A stretch of DNA of 60,287 nucleotides, filler included, from Hausera hauseri (taxonomy: Eukaryota), in NCBI GenBank assembly GCA_046269625.1. It is 10 parts of 10 records of this genome, joined end to end, with 100 filler letters (N's around TTAATTAATTAA, not from the genome) between each part and the next. Parts side by side here need not be neighbours in the genome. Positions count along the whole stretch, not along the records: positions 35,913 to 40,410 come from JBJURY010553116.1; positions 40,511 to 44,546 come from JBJURY010803421.1; positions 44,647 to 49,023 come from JBJURY010610110.1; 7 more parts are not named here. One strand, given 5' to 3'. Under the pieces are notes generated by a model that did no database searches, had not been told where the DNA came from, and saw only the letters and a program-made list of their open reading frames with translations. The position numbers and the translations under genes are program-made. Shown one piece after another: positions 35,913-49,123 of the stretch (within the stretch, counting starts at the first letter, position 1; each line of letters begins with the position of its first letter).

Positions 35913-38900
35913 TGTTTTTGAGGTTGAAGAGCAGCTTATTATGCTTGCCATTCTGCGGCCTCTTGCTCTTGTGCAGAAAAGGCAGCTGCTCAAGCCTTGT
36001 GTGGATACTATGTGGGTATTCCACGTCCACATCTAGTATGTAGCCCGTATCTCCATTGTGATCCATACCTTCAATATCCAGTACTTGCGGCTGCTCCATC
36101 CATTGAAAGTTATCATAGGGCAATGGGTTTCTCATTGCCCATCCATGCAGGTTGTTGGCATCCAGGTATGATATATATGAGGATTCCTTGGATAGGTCAT
36201 AATTTGCAATGTATTTGTTGTTGGTCTCACTGTATATGTGAATGACCTGGCAGATTCCGCCCTGATGCCTCTCTCAACCATGAGGACCATATTGTAATCC
36301 TTCAAGATATGGAGTCTTATGCTGGTATAGCGCAGCATCGCCGCCCAGATGATTCCTGAAGCTGTACAGAAATGAGCTGGGTCTAACTTTTGGCTCTTAA
36401 GGGTCACATCCCGGAAACTTTCGAAGACATATGTAAACAACAGCACATCTGTGAGGAGATAGATATCACTGCATTGGAAGGTTTGCCATACTCTTTGGAC
36501 ATGCTCATAGTCAGCATCGCTAATATGACTGTATGACAACTGACTATAAAAGTCCTCCTTGGCCGGTAATGCTTCTTCATCCAGTGCTTTCCATGACGTT
36601 ATATAGTTATAGGGGAACGCTCTTTTCCGCTTCGTCAGATTAAATATATCCAGGAAGAACCAGTTCGTCTTCTTGAGCTCATCAGCTGGAAGGTTCTTCA
36701 CAGGCTGTCCAGTGACCAGCTCATGAAGAAGAAGCTATCGATGAAGCGAAGTCTGATGCGGCCCACATGCTTCGTGAAGGTGATGTACTTCTCCTCACTA
36801 TTTGGAATCACATTAATGATCCCTTTAATATTACCCAATTCTTAAACAATGAAGTGGGAAACGTATCCATTAAGATTGTGGAATACGACGGGAACATATG
36901 TACATGTCTTGCACCGTAAGTTGCAATTGTTGCACGCTGCACCTCGGTATATGTCTGCAAAATGGTAGTGATCCCTGACTTTGTGATTGTCCCATGTGAA
37001 TGACTATTTGTATAGGTAGCATGTTGCTGCTTTGCGCCATTCACATTTTTCTTGCTGCAACATCACCATGTAGTCATTATGCTGCTGCAACATGTCTTCA
37101 AGTTGTGGCTATACTGTTCCAGACGCTGCATAAAATGTGCTGCTGCGTTTAGACCCCTGTATAGGTAGGGTTCATTGTGAAGTCCTTTGACATACATGCA
37201 GTATGATAATAACTCATGGTACTGGTATGCTGTAATACTGCTTTGCTGCAAATTGGGGCTGCTGCTGTAAACTGGGCTCAGGATGGCCTCAAAGTCGCAA
37301 TATATGACAATTGGCACCTTCTGCATCTTCTCGAACTCCTTGAATTCCAAGTATTCCTCCTTGGGGAATTCTTCCCGGATGCAGTAGTTTGTATTACAAT
37401 AGGTCTTTTGCTCCACCAGCCTTTCTGCTGCTGTCTCCCCATTAAAATGGGTAAAGCATCTCTTGCATATTTTCAGCCTTGATTCATGCTTGGATATTTG
37501 GGATCCTACGAGGCGCTCAAAATTCTTGATCCAGATAAAATGCCTCTTTTTTCCATCATCTAGCAGAAGATCCCTATGATCCAATTCCTTCTTACACACA
37601 TGTAAGGGATGAAAATTGTCATCCTCGAATCCGAAGATGTTTATGGAGATTTTCACGCTTTCAAACTTCGCGACCTTATCTAGGCTCGGTGGGAATGAAA
37701 TACAGCTGAAGTCGCATGCGTGCTGCACTTTGTCCTATATCTAAACTCGGGATGCATTGTGTTAATCTCGGAGTAGTTTTGACAAAATAGAATACATGAA
37801 ACACATGCTGTCCTCATTATGGACATTGATGCGTGCCTTTTTCTTAACTATCCATTCAGGAAGCGGTATGTAGGAGCTGCCTCTCATGGGAGAATACTTA
37901 TGCGCATGCACAAGTAATCCCTTTATTGTTGCTAAAGTCCAACCATTCTTCTTGTCCTAGCTTTCTTCGGCTTCGCGGATGAGCCTTGCACAGTCCTAAG
38001 TAATGAAATCATTAATGTTAGAGGATTTCAATAGTGGTCTGTTTTTTGTCTTGAAGGCTCTACTAGACAGTTGTCCTTCGATATTGGTGAAGGTGGCCTC
38101 CAATTTGAAGTTCACCTTAAGGGCCTTCAGCTCTAACAAGTTGCCCTGGAGAATTCCTGCTGCCTCCTTTGAATATTCCAGGAATTCATGGAGCGATGTT
38201 TGCCCACTGCTGCTATGAAGTATCGCCGCACTTTGCTCTTCAGTTCAGCTACATTAACTGGTCACTGCCGTTCACTTTTTGCGATACATCATTCGCTGCC
38301 ACTGCGCCTAGTTTACGCTTCTCTGAAAATCCATTAGATTGCGCCAGGGATCCATGGCGCTGTGTTGAGGTTGATGCTACAGGCGCTGCAGATGTACAAG
38401 GCATAACCCAAACAATGCCTCCCGTCTGTGCAGATTGGGTTGGTATAACTGGAACAATACCTCCTATCTATGTAGATGTTAAAGGCATAACAAGAACAAT
38501 GTCTGTTTTAAATATGGCCTTTTTGGACTTAGCCGTAAAATCGCGCAACTGGGTTTTATGAAATTCATAAAACTTACAGCATTCACCTGTGCTGACAGTT
38601 TCACATTCGGGGCATATAAAGTATTCTTCACTGTTCCAGACCCAACCATAATATTTTCTCATATTTTGATGTCATTTTTGGACATCGTGTGAATCATTTG
38701 ATATACAATATGTGAATATTTGACATTTTCAATGTTCTGTTTTGGAGCATTTGATAAAGTTGACATCTAAATATATAATTAATTTGGTAAATTAGAATTA
38801 ATAAAATTACCATTTGTGGTAGAAGTCCTTGGAATATTCCTTTCTTGAATGCTTTGAACATATTGATATGATCTCTCTGGCCATCATAGAAATCATATTA

Positions 38901-39092
38901 ACTTCCTATACTCACCTGCTCACATGTTGGGCATATGTAGAATTGAAAGCCATTAAACGACCATTTGTAATATTTTCCATGATACTGTGGTATGTCTAAC
39001 CATCATGGATGCTGGATTGGTAATAGGGATAAAATGTGCATATCTAAAAACATCGTTGATAATAATAGCAATGAAGAGCAAAAACTTACCAT
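35913..39092 (-). pseudogene. Second Polinton-type pPolB gene, N-terminal two-thirds, decayed
   Basis: KNGWTL, RGSSYIPLP..INVHNEDSMCFMY (terminal protein/OTU-like region), HFIWIKNFERL, CKRC, VIYCDFEAIL, YRGAACNNC, LRFIDSFFFM, LDPAHF, YLDANNL and GYILDVDVEYP. Probable spliced 5' exons extend to an ATG at 39090-39092. Confidence 0.9.
38385..38500 (-). repeat. 42-bp (14-aa) tandem repeat, about 2.7 copies
   Basis: IVLVMPLTST*IGG / IVPVIPTQSAQTGG / IVWVMPCTSA. Confidence 0.8.
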
Positions 39093-40410
39093 TCTGGAAA
39101 CAACGTATATTATTTTATTGATTATTCAAATTCAAATTTTTTATTTATAATTTTGATGCAGTTAAATAAACTGACTTGGATACCTATTGTTTATATACTG
39201 AAAATCCTATGCTTTCAATGCTTCTGTTTTACTATAGTAATTAATTATAGTCGCACATTTAAAAATAAACTCTAAATAATCTTTGTTTTAATACATTACT
39301 TTGACCTATTACGTAAATTGCGGGTTATTTAAGGATATCAAAAGTAGGGAATCTGATGTGCAATCATGATGGTGTAAGGAAAAATAAATATATATAGCAG
39401 GGTAAATAAGGGAACATATATCATATTTTCTAACATTCTAAAACATTTTGTTTTAATGCATCAATTGAATACATTTCACATCACCATATTTAAAATTTGA
39501 ACAAGGTTTTCACACATGGGCAATCAAATGGAGTGATCAGACTGTTCCGTTAATTTATTCTTGACCGAATATTATCTAAGTATTTAATGTTTTATTCATT
39601 TCGAGACTTCCAAACACTTGTCACACCCTGTTTTTGGTCAACAAAGGTTTTCGGACATGGGTAGTCAGATGGTACTATTCGAATTCAATCAAAAAATCAG
39701 ATTTTTATTTAAACCCATTTTCGAATATCTGATGTGATATTTGGATTATCCATACCTGGATTTCTACCCCTCTACGCTTTTAGATTTTTTGATTTTTGCT
39801 TCTATTCTAATAGAAAATCAATTATTCGAAAAGTTCGACTAGTATTCGAGTTTTTGAATAGCTGATGTCATAATCGGATACAGCAGTTGTTAGTTTCTAT
39901 GTGTGTACGCTTTTACATTTTTCGATTTCCACTTGTTTGTGTGCTAAAATCAACTTCAAAAGTTTTATCGTAAAACCGTTATTATTGATTAAAGCACACT
40001 TGCACATGTGCGACACATCTGCAAAGTGTTACATAGATGAATTAAGACATAGGGAATCGACTGGCGCTCTCAGATTTCTCAGAAACGTTATTGGTGTCAA
40101 GATATTCGATACTATTCGGTGAAAATCGATATTTATTCGAGTTGTACACCGAATTTCGGAAATCTGACATAGAAGATCCAGCTTATAATGTGGCACTTCC
40201 TATCTGTTCCCGCTTAAATATTTGTCGAATTTTGCTTCCTTAGGGCCTAAAAAACCTATGCGGATTCTCCCTCAGTTGAATTTGGCATGCATACTAATCA
40301 AAAACTATTCGATCGATTTAAATTCCAAGTGCAGTGTTGTAGCCAACCAAAAGCTCGTTTGAACTGCGCTCTCCAAATGTGCTAACCATCAATATTGGAA
40401 TTATCGGAAA

Positions 40411-40510
40411 NNNNNNNNNNNNNNNNNNNNNNNNNNNNNNNNNNNNNNNNNNNNTTAATTAATTAANNNNNNNNNNNNNNNNNNNNNNNNNNNNNNNNNN
40501 NNNNNNNNNN
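40411..40510. other. Artificial contig linker
   Basis: 44 N + TTAATTAATTAA + 44 N. Confidence 0.98.
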
Positions 40511-43385
40511 GAGTAAGTGTGAGAAATGTTTGAGAGCGAGAACGATTGCCAATAGTTCTCGGTCAAACGTGGAATATCGAGTTTCAGGTGCGGTTAGTTT
40601 GCGAAAGAAAAATTCCAATGGTTGGTTTTCTCCCTTGTAGATTTGGTGGAGTACAGCGCCTACAACAGTGGTTGACGCGTCAGTGGTGAGGAAGAGCTCT
40701 GCATCAGGTTTGGGAAAAACAAGGATATCAACGGTTTTGATGCCTTCACGTAGTTTGTCGAATTTTTCAACAAATTCAGGTGTTCATTGGATTGGTTGAT
40801 GTTTTTTGCCGCCGCTTAGGTGTGCGAAAGAAGCTGTTAATTCCGAGCAATATGGCACATATTTATGCATAAAGTGGAATGTGCCAAGGAAGCTACGCAT
40901 TTCGGTGGTCGTACGTGGCAATTGGATGTTTTTAAGGGCTTCGACTCGGTCTGACTGCAGGGAATATCCGTCTGGTGTGATAACGTGGCCTAAAAAGTTA
41001 ATGCGTTTTTTGAGAAGTGGCATTTGTCGAAGTTAATCTGTAAATTATGTTGATGAAGACGTTGGAATATTGCGCAAATGTGTTCGTCGTTCTGTTTGGC
41101 CGAAAATAAAACGACATAATGTCGTCGATATAAGGGTGTGCAAACGAGAAATCGGAAAGAATTGAGTCGATGTGTCGCTGGAAAGTTTGTGCGGCATTCC
41201 ACAAACCGAATGGCATGAATAGATATTCGTAGAAGCCAAACGGAGTAGTTACTGCGGTTTTTTCGATGTCTTCAGGTGCTGATGATAGGTGATGATAGGC
41301 TTTAATTAGGTCAATGGTGGAATAGATGGTGGTTAAATTAAGGCAATACAGGATATCCTTGATGAGTGGTAAAGGATGCGCATCCATGATGGTCAAGTTA
41401 TTCAGCTGCCGGTAGTCACCACATGGTCTAAAAGTACCATCCTTTTTTGTACCACGTGCAAAGGTGATGACCAAGGAGATTTAGAACGGCGTATTATGCC
41501 GGAACGTTCGAGCTCAAGAAATTCGGCTTCTACGGCCTGCCTACGGCGAGGTGACAGAGGCCGTACTTTTTGGCGTATTGGACGTTGGTGGTGTGTGACT
41601 GTGGTATAAGGTGCTGTTTGCGGGAGTAAAGGAACGGTCTTTTTAAAGTACACGTGGGCATGATTTGTTGAATTTCTGTAACGTTGTAGGTAGCTGTGAG
41701 AGATTCGGTGAAAGTGGTGGAACGGTTTGAGTGGTAGCGGATGCTATATGTGAGTTGTTACGTGATGTGCAGTCAAGTGGAATTTGGTGCAAGATGGTTG
41801 AGTTGAAAATGGTGTTGGCTGAGGTATTTTCGTCGAATGAGTTAGTGTTGGTGGCAGTACCACACCTATCGACATCAAATCTCAATTATATATCGGTGTT
41901 ATTGTTTAAGAATTTCCAAATTGAGTTATTATTATGAAAATTCGAATTATTGTTATAAAAAATCGAATTATTTGCGGACTTTTTAAGATTGACTTCCGCA
42001 TTACGGTCGACTGCGCGGTAGTCGAAACGCTATTTACATGTCCAGAAATGTCGCCAACGGTGCCTTTCCTCAAACATCGCTGGCTGCAGTCAACCAGTAG
42101 ATTGTAGTGAGATAGAAAGTCAGATCCAAGGATTGCCAATTGGACGTTAGCGACTGTGAACGTCCAGCGGAAAGATATAGAAAAATTTGGTAGCGTGAAA
42201 GACAGTGTAGCCGTGCCCGAGATGTGCAACGGCTGGCCTGAAGCAGTAAATAAAGGCTTAAGTTTGAATGGAGAGTTTTGTGCAGGAAAGGTTTGCGGTA
42301 ATAGAGAAATGACTGCCCCTGTATCAATGAGGAAGTCAAAAGATTGAGTTGTAGGGGCAGTAATTGCGGCTTTTAGCGTGAAGACTACAAAAGAGGCATG
42401 TCGGCGTTTAGATTGTGAAAGAGTGCCTTGGCCAGAGGTTACAGTGACTTCTGGTGGCAAAGTTAGTTTTTTGGAAAAGGAGAAGTGGGGCAACTGTTTG
42501 AAGTGAAGGCAGTACGTTCGTCGTTCGTATTGGATTCGAAGGTGCGTCCGGGAATACATTTACGTGGTTGATTTTTGAATCCTGCATGGTAAATGCAAAC
42601 AACGGTGCCCGAGGAAAATTTTTGTAAAATTGGCAACCCAGGCAGCATTTCTGTTGAATCGACGAACGCGCAGGCGACGGTGAGCGGTTTCGTGAAGTAG
42701 AACGGGCACGGGAAGCGGCAAAACCTTCTCGTATGGACAAGGACAATTCATTTAGTTTATTATTTATGTTGTTGATAGTTGCCTGCAATGCAATATTTTC
42801 AGCACGTAGCTGATTTAGCTGCTGTTGTATGGGCGTGTTAAGTGTTTGTGTGTCGTTAGTAGCAACTGCTGCTGAAACTACGGGTTGCGAATTTATGTTT
42901 AGGACGTTGTATATCCTATCGGCCACTTCGGCCAATTTTTCAAGCGGCGTGGAGTCTCCCACCACGGTAAGAAGGGCCCGGATTTGGATAGGTAGGGCGT
43001 TCATAAAATAATGGCGTATAAGATCCGGGTTATGTTTCCTAGTGACGCCAAGAGTACGCAAGTGTGCTAATGAAGTACGTAAGAAGTCACTGCGTTTTTG
43101 CGTGCCCAGTGCATTTTCGTTAAAGAAACGCTGCATTATGGAGTCAATGGAGGGTTCGGTCTGTTTTAAGACAGCGTCGAAGAGTTGGGTATAGGGATCA
43201 GGGTGCTGAAAGATCTCTAACAAGTTATGAATTGATGCTTTTATTGAGCTGGGTAGAAGATAAAGTAAGCTGTGGGCTTTAGATAAGGATTCTGTGATGC
43301 CATTAGACTGTAGCCAGAGTTGGTGGAAATAAAGCCACGTCTTACTGGACTTTTCGTTATCGATGAAGTATTCAGTGCAGAATAC
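40511..43385 (-). mobile_element. CsRn1-clade Ty3/gypsy retrotransposon, copy 2 (gag to RNase H)
   Basis: Gag is homologous to copy 1 (CTEYFIDNEKSSKTW...NALPIQIRALL). Protease FLIDTGA, RT SKSPWSSPLHVV, FRPCGDYRQLN, PYIDDI, RNase H LTTDAS. Frameshift heptamer AAAAAAC at 42466-42472. Confidence 0.93.
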
Positions 43386-44546
43386 AAATTCCTCGAAGAA
43401 AACACCACCATGGTGACCATTTATACAACGCATTGGAAATATGTCCTGTGGTATGATGACAAATCGACGACAAACTACAGATGAATTCTGAGCAAGTTTC
43501 ACTCCACCAAACACAGCAGTTCCATATTCTGTTTCTGAAAGCACAAAACAACAAATGCAATTTTCCCCATTGAATTTACCTTTCCATACGACAGACAGGA
43601 TCTTCGTGGTATCATGTCATAATTTCGTTGTATGTATTTGCCATCATTGATTGTCTGTATGTCGAATGGATTGACGAAAGTGAGATTATTCGAGTTACAG
43701 TAGATAATGCCGAATGCCACAACCACATGTTGACTACTCATACTGTCGAAAAAATACCATTCATTTTCTTTATCATCTTGTTTGACAAAAGTGACAAAAT
43801 GACATTTACTTATGCAAATTTTCTTTTAATTTTAAAAAGATTTTCTATTTGGATAAAACAGCAGACATTGAAAGTTGGTCGACAGAATGGTAAATGCACT
43901 TGTGTTTGTCACAGAAATAAGCATCCATTTTACTATCCATTTCTAGACAATGTCGACATACGAAATTCGATTCATTTCGACATTCGGCATAGTTACATTG
44001 TTTGAAATAATTGTGGCACAATAACGAAATTTCAATGGTATTTGATGGAATGACGTAATCATAGCATCGGTATTGTTTTGCATCACGTGATGCTTGAAAT
44101 ATTAGACATGAAGGGCATATTGGAATAACACTTTATTTTGACACATTGATAAATTTAATATTTCTTGACTGGTTATGGATTTCCTCTTGTTTTTCATATT
44201 GACAAAAAGTTGAATGAACATTTGACAATACTGACGATACGAGTACGTTGAGGTTGTTTTGAATATGTTGGAATTCGATGAGATTTGGAAAACACTAAAA
44301 TGTTTTTAGATGAATTCGGTAATAATGGATGAAAACAAACCGATCCAATTGGATAAATGTATAAAAAGAATTCCTGTTCGATATGGAGAGTTTTTGTGAA
44401 ATAATGTTTCATCCAATGTTTTGCAACTTTGACAATAGAATTAATACCGTCTTTGGGTTTGACACTTAAATTGAGATTTTCTTCGCGTTCGAATGAACAT
44501 TCCGATTTAGGGGCTGTGGAGAACATTTTCTTTTGAATTTGTGATA

Positions 44547-44646
44547 NNNNNNNNNNNNNNNNNNNNNNNNNNNNNNNNNNNNNNNNNNNNTTAATTAATT
44601 AANNNNNNNNNNNNNNNNNNNNNNNNNNNNNNNNNNNNNNNNNNNN
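44547..44646. other. Artificial contig linker
   Basis: 44 N + TTAATTAATTAA + 44 N. Confidence 0.98.
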
Positions 44647-45290
44647 CAATTCTACTTTTGATTTCCGTGTCACATCTGCCATCTGATGTTACAAGAGTTC
44701 CAAGGTATTTGAATTTCTGCACTCATTTTACTTTTGTTGATTTTATCATTACATTGCATACTGGTGGCTGTTTTTTCTTTGAGCAGTCATTGTTACTGTT
44801 TTTTTTTTGGTGTTTAAGCCGAGTCCATTCTTTTCACTTTCAGTTATTACAGACATTGAGTAAAAAATTAGAAAATTCTTTAAAAGCAGCGGAGATGTGG
44901 TTTCTCAGAAGGCTGTTGAAAATCCTGTGGACAGCAAAGAGAACAAATGAAGAGGTTTTGCACAAAGCAGACACAGAAAGAATGCTTATCACCACAGGCA
45001 AAACACCAGGAAATAGAAGTAGTAGATGGCAGAGAATGGAGTGTCTGGATGGTATGTGTGAATGGCTCAGAAGTATGTCAACAGCAGAGATGATTGGGGG
45101 CCCAGGAATCGTGAGAGATGGAGATCCATGACGGCCTACATTTCACAGCGTGTCATCTCATGTCTAGGCTGAGAAGAAGAGTGGCTCTGGTTTCATCAAG
45201 TGCTGGTAATGGTTTACAATTTCTTTTTCATGGACAGGAAGGAGAACAAATGAAGATGTATTGCATGAAGCAGCTAAAAAAATAGATGTA
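44647..45290. mobile_element. Short RTE-clade LINE fragments in both orientations
   Basis: Minus strand 44647-44750: QKFKYLGTLVTSDGRCDTEIKSRI. Plus strand 44850-45130: LKAAEMWFLRRLLKILWTAKRTNEEVL. Confidence 0.8.
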
Positions 45291-45435
45291 TCATTAAGAT
45301 CATATTAAGATATCCTGCTTACTAAATTCAGGTTAACAACTAAATACAGACTAACAACCTGTCCAGATGAAATATGAACACTTCTTGATAAAAATCTAGA
45401 CAAAAATGATGAGTTGACCTCACCCTGAATGTTTT

Positions 45436-45505
45436 CTGATAGTTCAGTAGTTAGGACACTGACTTGGAATATGAAAGGAGGGGGTTCAAAACCATGCTGG
45501 ATCCC
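45436..45505 (+). repeat. tRNA-derived repeat (SINE-head-like)
   Basis: A-box-like TAGTTCAGTAGTTAGG and B-box-like GGTTCAAAACC at tRNA spacing, but no intact cloverleaf. Confidence 0.5.
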
Positions 45506-45789
45506 ACTCACAATGGACTTGCCATCTGTCGTGATTTTTTTAGTGGGTTCATGAAATGTTGGTGGCTCTTGCTCTTAAGTACTGTAAGGTGTATGGGTCA
45601 ATTTTTTAATTATATTTATGCACCACTAAGAATTTTATACCCGGGGCAATGACCTCTGCTGCTCCCTCCCACTTCTCTATAAAACTTGTGACAGTGTATG
45701 ATTTTACTCTTTTGCTGTAATTACACGCATTGAAAAATATACTTCTAGTATTATAGTTTTTACAGTGTTGACTCTGTGGTGTTTTGCAG

Positions 45790-45899
45790 GTGAGAAGTAC
45801 ATGGGGTTGTGGGCACAGGACCAGAGACATGGGCCTGGGGTATTGGTCACCCTGGATGGCATGTACTTTGAGGGAAAGTTTGTGCAAAATAAGCTGACA
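45790..45899 (+). CDS. ALS2: Internal coding exon of alsin (MORN repeats)
   Basis: TTTTGCAG acceptor and GTAAGT donor flank GEKYMGLWAQDQRHGPGVLVTLDGMYFEGKFVQNKLT, closely resembling the alsin MORN segment GEKYMGMWQDD..QGNGVVVTQFGLYYEGNF. Confidence 0.8.
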
Positions 45900-46789
45900 G
45901 TAAGTATTCTTGTCATTATTTCATATAGTCTTCTGTTACCAGTTTTCTGTGTTCCTTCATTAGAAAATTAAGATGAAGCATTTGTCGGTAACCTACCATC
46001 ACACACTGGGGTAAATAGTTCCTCATTGGGTCAGAGCACCTATGGACCAGTCCCGTGCGCTGTGATGATGATCCAGCTCATAACTCATTTCTCGGCAAAG
46101 AAGCATGTGTAAAAACCAAGATGGCTACCTATGTAGTAACATGGTCAAGCGCGAGGTACATTTCGAGTGATAGCTCGCATATGTAAAAGAAACTGTAGCA
46201 AACAAGGAAAATAATAGTGGCGTGATGACGGCTTCATGGTGCACAGCACTGAAAAAAGCAAAGAAAGAGCCAAAAGTCACAACATTTACGAAGAAAGTCA
46301 AATGAAGCAAATTGCTACAGACTACATCACTTAGACAGTCACCCTTTGCCCTTAGTCAGCGTAGAATCTAGCTGTTTGGACTAAATAAATGTACACTAGA
46401 ACATGGCCAGTGAGCCAGAAACAAGAAGTTCGGACAAGATACAGTCGTCATCCCAGTGTACATCAAGGCTTGATAGAGCTGCGAGAATGTTACACCATCA
46501 AATTATCCCCAGAACTGACTTTGTTGTCAAATGTTAATGTTGAACAGCACATGAATAACCAGTCCAAGGACAAAAACAATCGAACAAGACCATTCAACAT
46601 TGAACCCACAACATGTGAACTGAAGTATACGCTAAACCTGAGTCATCATCACCACACAAACCCACAGAACAAGATGTGTCGGCGAGAAAGACCACCGCAA
46701 ATGTCATCCATGGCAATGAGAACGTGTACACCATGAAGAACACCAGTCCATGGCGTATTCTATTATTTGGAGTTGTGAGGAAGGAATCA

Positions 46790-48620
46790 TCATCGACATC
46801 GCCCTATGGTGGTTGTTGGGCCACATTCAGTGACCCCCGAACAACCCTTCTCCATTCATCTCGGTTCTTGTTATGTGTTCTGTGATGCACTGAAACGTCA
46901 GGTATGTCCATTCCTTGACATTATCCTCCCATCTTTTCTTCTGTCGACCCTGTTTTCTCCCGCAGTGCCTTGCAGGATAATTTTTGCAAGACAGTTTGAT
47001 CTTTTGATGTAGCCAAACGATTTCAGCTTCCATTCTTTCAGCATTGCAAGGAGATCTTTATGTGGACTGATTGCTTTTTTTTATTCATTGTCGTATTTCA
47101 TCATTTGTGATGTGATCTTTGTATGATAGTTGTAGGATTGGTTGATAGTGCCACCTTTCACTTGCATACAGTAGTATGGATATTACTAGTGAGTGCATCA
47201 GTCTGATTTTGATCTGAGTGAAATTTTTGCATCCTTCCAGATGATTTTCAACCTTGCAATTGCTGCTGTTGCATGCACGATTATAGAAGTTATCTCCATT
47301 TTGGATCCTTCATATATGATAACTGATAATAGGTACTTGAAATTCGTGACTGTCTCAAGACTTTTCTCTTTATATTTCAGTGTTATTGTTTGTTACTTGA
47401 TTGTTGCTGGTCTAAGTTTAGCTTTTTCAGCATTTATTTCCATTCCGTATGCTTTTGATATTTGGTCGAGGCTTGTAATCAATCTTTTTAGTTCTTCTTC
47501 ATTGCCAGCTAAGCCAGCAATGCCATCTGCATAACATAAGTTGGTTTGGTTATTGTTCTGCTTTCTATGGTAACTGTTCCTAAGTGGTCGTCTAGTGCAT
47601 CAGACATGATTTTTTCTAAGAAGATGTTAAATAGTATTGGAGATAGTATGTGTCCTTGTCTAACGTGTGTGAGTGTGTGGAATCATTCACCTATCTTGTC
47701 GTTAGTGAAAACTGCACTAGCTGCTTTGGTATACAGTTGTTCTATAACTTGAATGAGATGCTCATCAATGTTATAACTTCTCATAGTTGCCCTTAAGGCA
47801 GCATGTCAGACTCTGCCAAATGTTTTCTCGTAGTCTATGAAGATGTAAGCAGGTCTTGTTGGTGTTCTCACTCAATATCCTTAGATTAAATATTTGTTCA
47901 GTGGTGCTCTAAAACCAGCCTGTTCTTCGGCAGTGATGGTTTCTGCAACAAGTTGCTGTCTGTTTAGTATTATTTTAAGCATGACAAAGCTTAGGTAGCT
48001 GATGAGACTAATGGTGCGATAGTTTTGGCACAGCTGGAGGTTTCCCTTTTTTGGTAGCGGGATGATTAAGCATTGAGTCCAAGGTGTGGGCCACTCTTTA
48101 GTTTTCCTTATTTTATTACAAACCTGTGTCAGGATTTCAATCATTGACTCTCCTCCATCCTGGATAAGCTCAGCTGGTATGTTGTCAGCTCCAGCAGTCT
48201 TTCCTTTTTTAAGTTATCTTACCGCCTTCTCTACTTCTTCTTTCAGAATGGAAAAATCCCATCATCTTTGGGAATTTAGTACTGTATAGTTCACCAGAGG
48301 TTTTATGCTTGTAGAGTTCAGTGCAGTATTCTGTCCATCCGTTGATGATGTCTCTTTCCTCTGTGAGGCATATCTTGTATGGCAATGGTTCGGCCCCGAT
48401 TTACAGTTGTTAATTTGTTAACTGTTAGGTGTGCAGTTTTGCTATCATTTCTCTTTAGGCTGTCCTCAATGCTTTCACACTGTTCTTCTATCCATGATTC
48501 CTTAGCTAACTTCATTTTCTTTTTAATTAGATTCCTTATTTCTTTATATTGTTTGTTGTCTATGGTGTCTCTTTTCTAATTTTTCAGCTGTCTTCATTTA
48601 TCACATAGTGTTAATATCTT
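46790..48620 (-). mobile_element. RTE/BovB-like LINE RT remnant
   Basis: AKESWIEEQCESIE, KTAGADNIPAEL, WPTPWTQCLIIPLPKKGNLQLCQNYRTISLIS, EEQAGFR, LFNIFLEKIM, LCYAD and GRQKKRWEDNVKEWT. Confidence 0.9.
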
Positions 48621-48850
48621 GGTCCACGGTGGCCGAGTGGATGCTGAGTCTAGTGGTGCGGGTTTAATTCTGGCCACTAGACCTCAGGTTCACCCAGCCT
48701 AAAATGGGTACCAGGGTAAAACCTGGGAAACAAATGCGGCGAGAAAGATGGTGGCATCCCTACTCACAAAGCCGAAGCTTAGAAAAATGAAGGCACTAAC
48801 ACTTCATTCCCCTACGGCATTCACCAATGCTATGGGAGTGTTTTTTTTTT
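48621..48850 (+). mobile_element. tRNA-derived SINE with Nin/Deu-type central domain
   Basis: A-box GGTGGCCGAGTGG, degenerate B-box GGGTTTAATTC, core CACCCAGCCTAAAATGGGTACC, and a CTATGGGA..poly-T tail. Confidence 0.75.
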
Positions 48851-49023
48851 AATTGTTATAGATTTCCTTATTCTACGGATATCCTAACTTGTTCCGCCAG
48901 CTAGTGTAACTATGCTACAAAGAACGTGAACGTGTTGGTCTGTGTGTTATTCTGGCGTTCTGTAGCATCTTGTGCTGTGTTTTCAACATTCAGAATCATA
49001 TAACTTTTTGTCTTTCTGAGACT

Positions 49024-49123
49024 NNNNNNNNNNNNNNNNNNNNNNNNNNNNNNNNNNNNNNNNNNNNTTAATTAATTAANNNNNNNNNNNNNNNNNNNNN
49101 NNNNNNNNNNNNNNNNNNNNNNN
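49024..49123. other. Artificial contig linker
   Basis: 44 N + TTAATTAATTAA + 44 N. Confidence 0.98.

Noticed and set aside
33112-38500. Alternative genetic code (TAA/TAG read as Gln)
   Set aside because: Many in-frame stops sit at Gln positions, but others replace Trp, Glu or Arg. Frameshifts are abundant, and the intact hAT and Dcp1-like ORFs end at TAG and TAA. Ordinary decay explains it.
45436-45505. Functional tRNA gene
   Set aside because: A- and B-box-like motifs are present but the acceptor and anticodon stems do not pair, so it is better read as a SINE-derived head.
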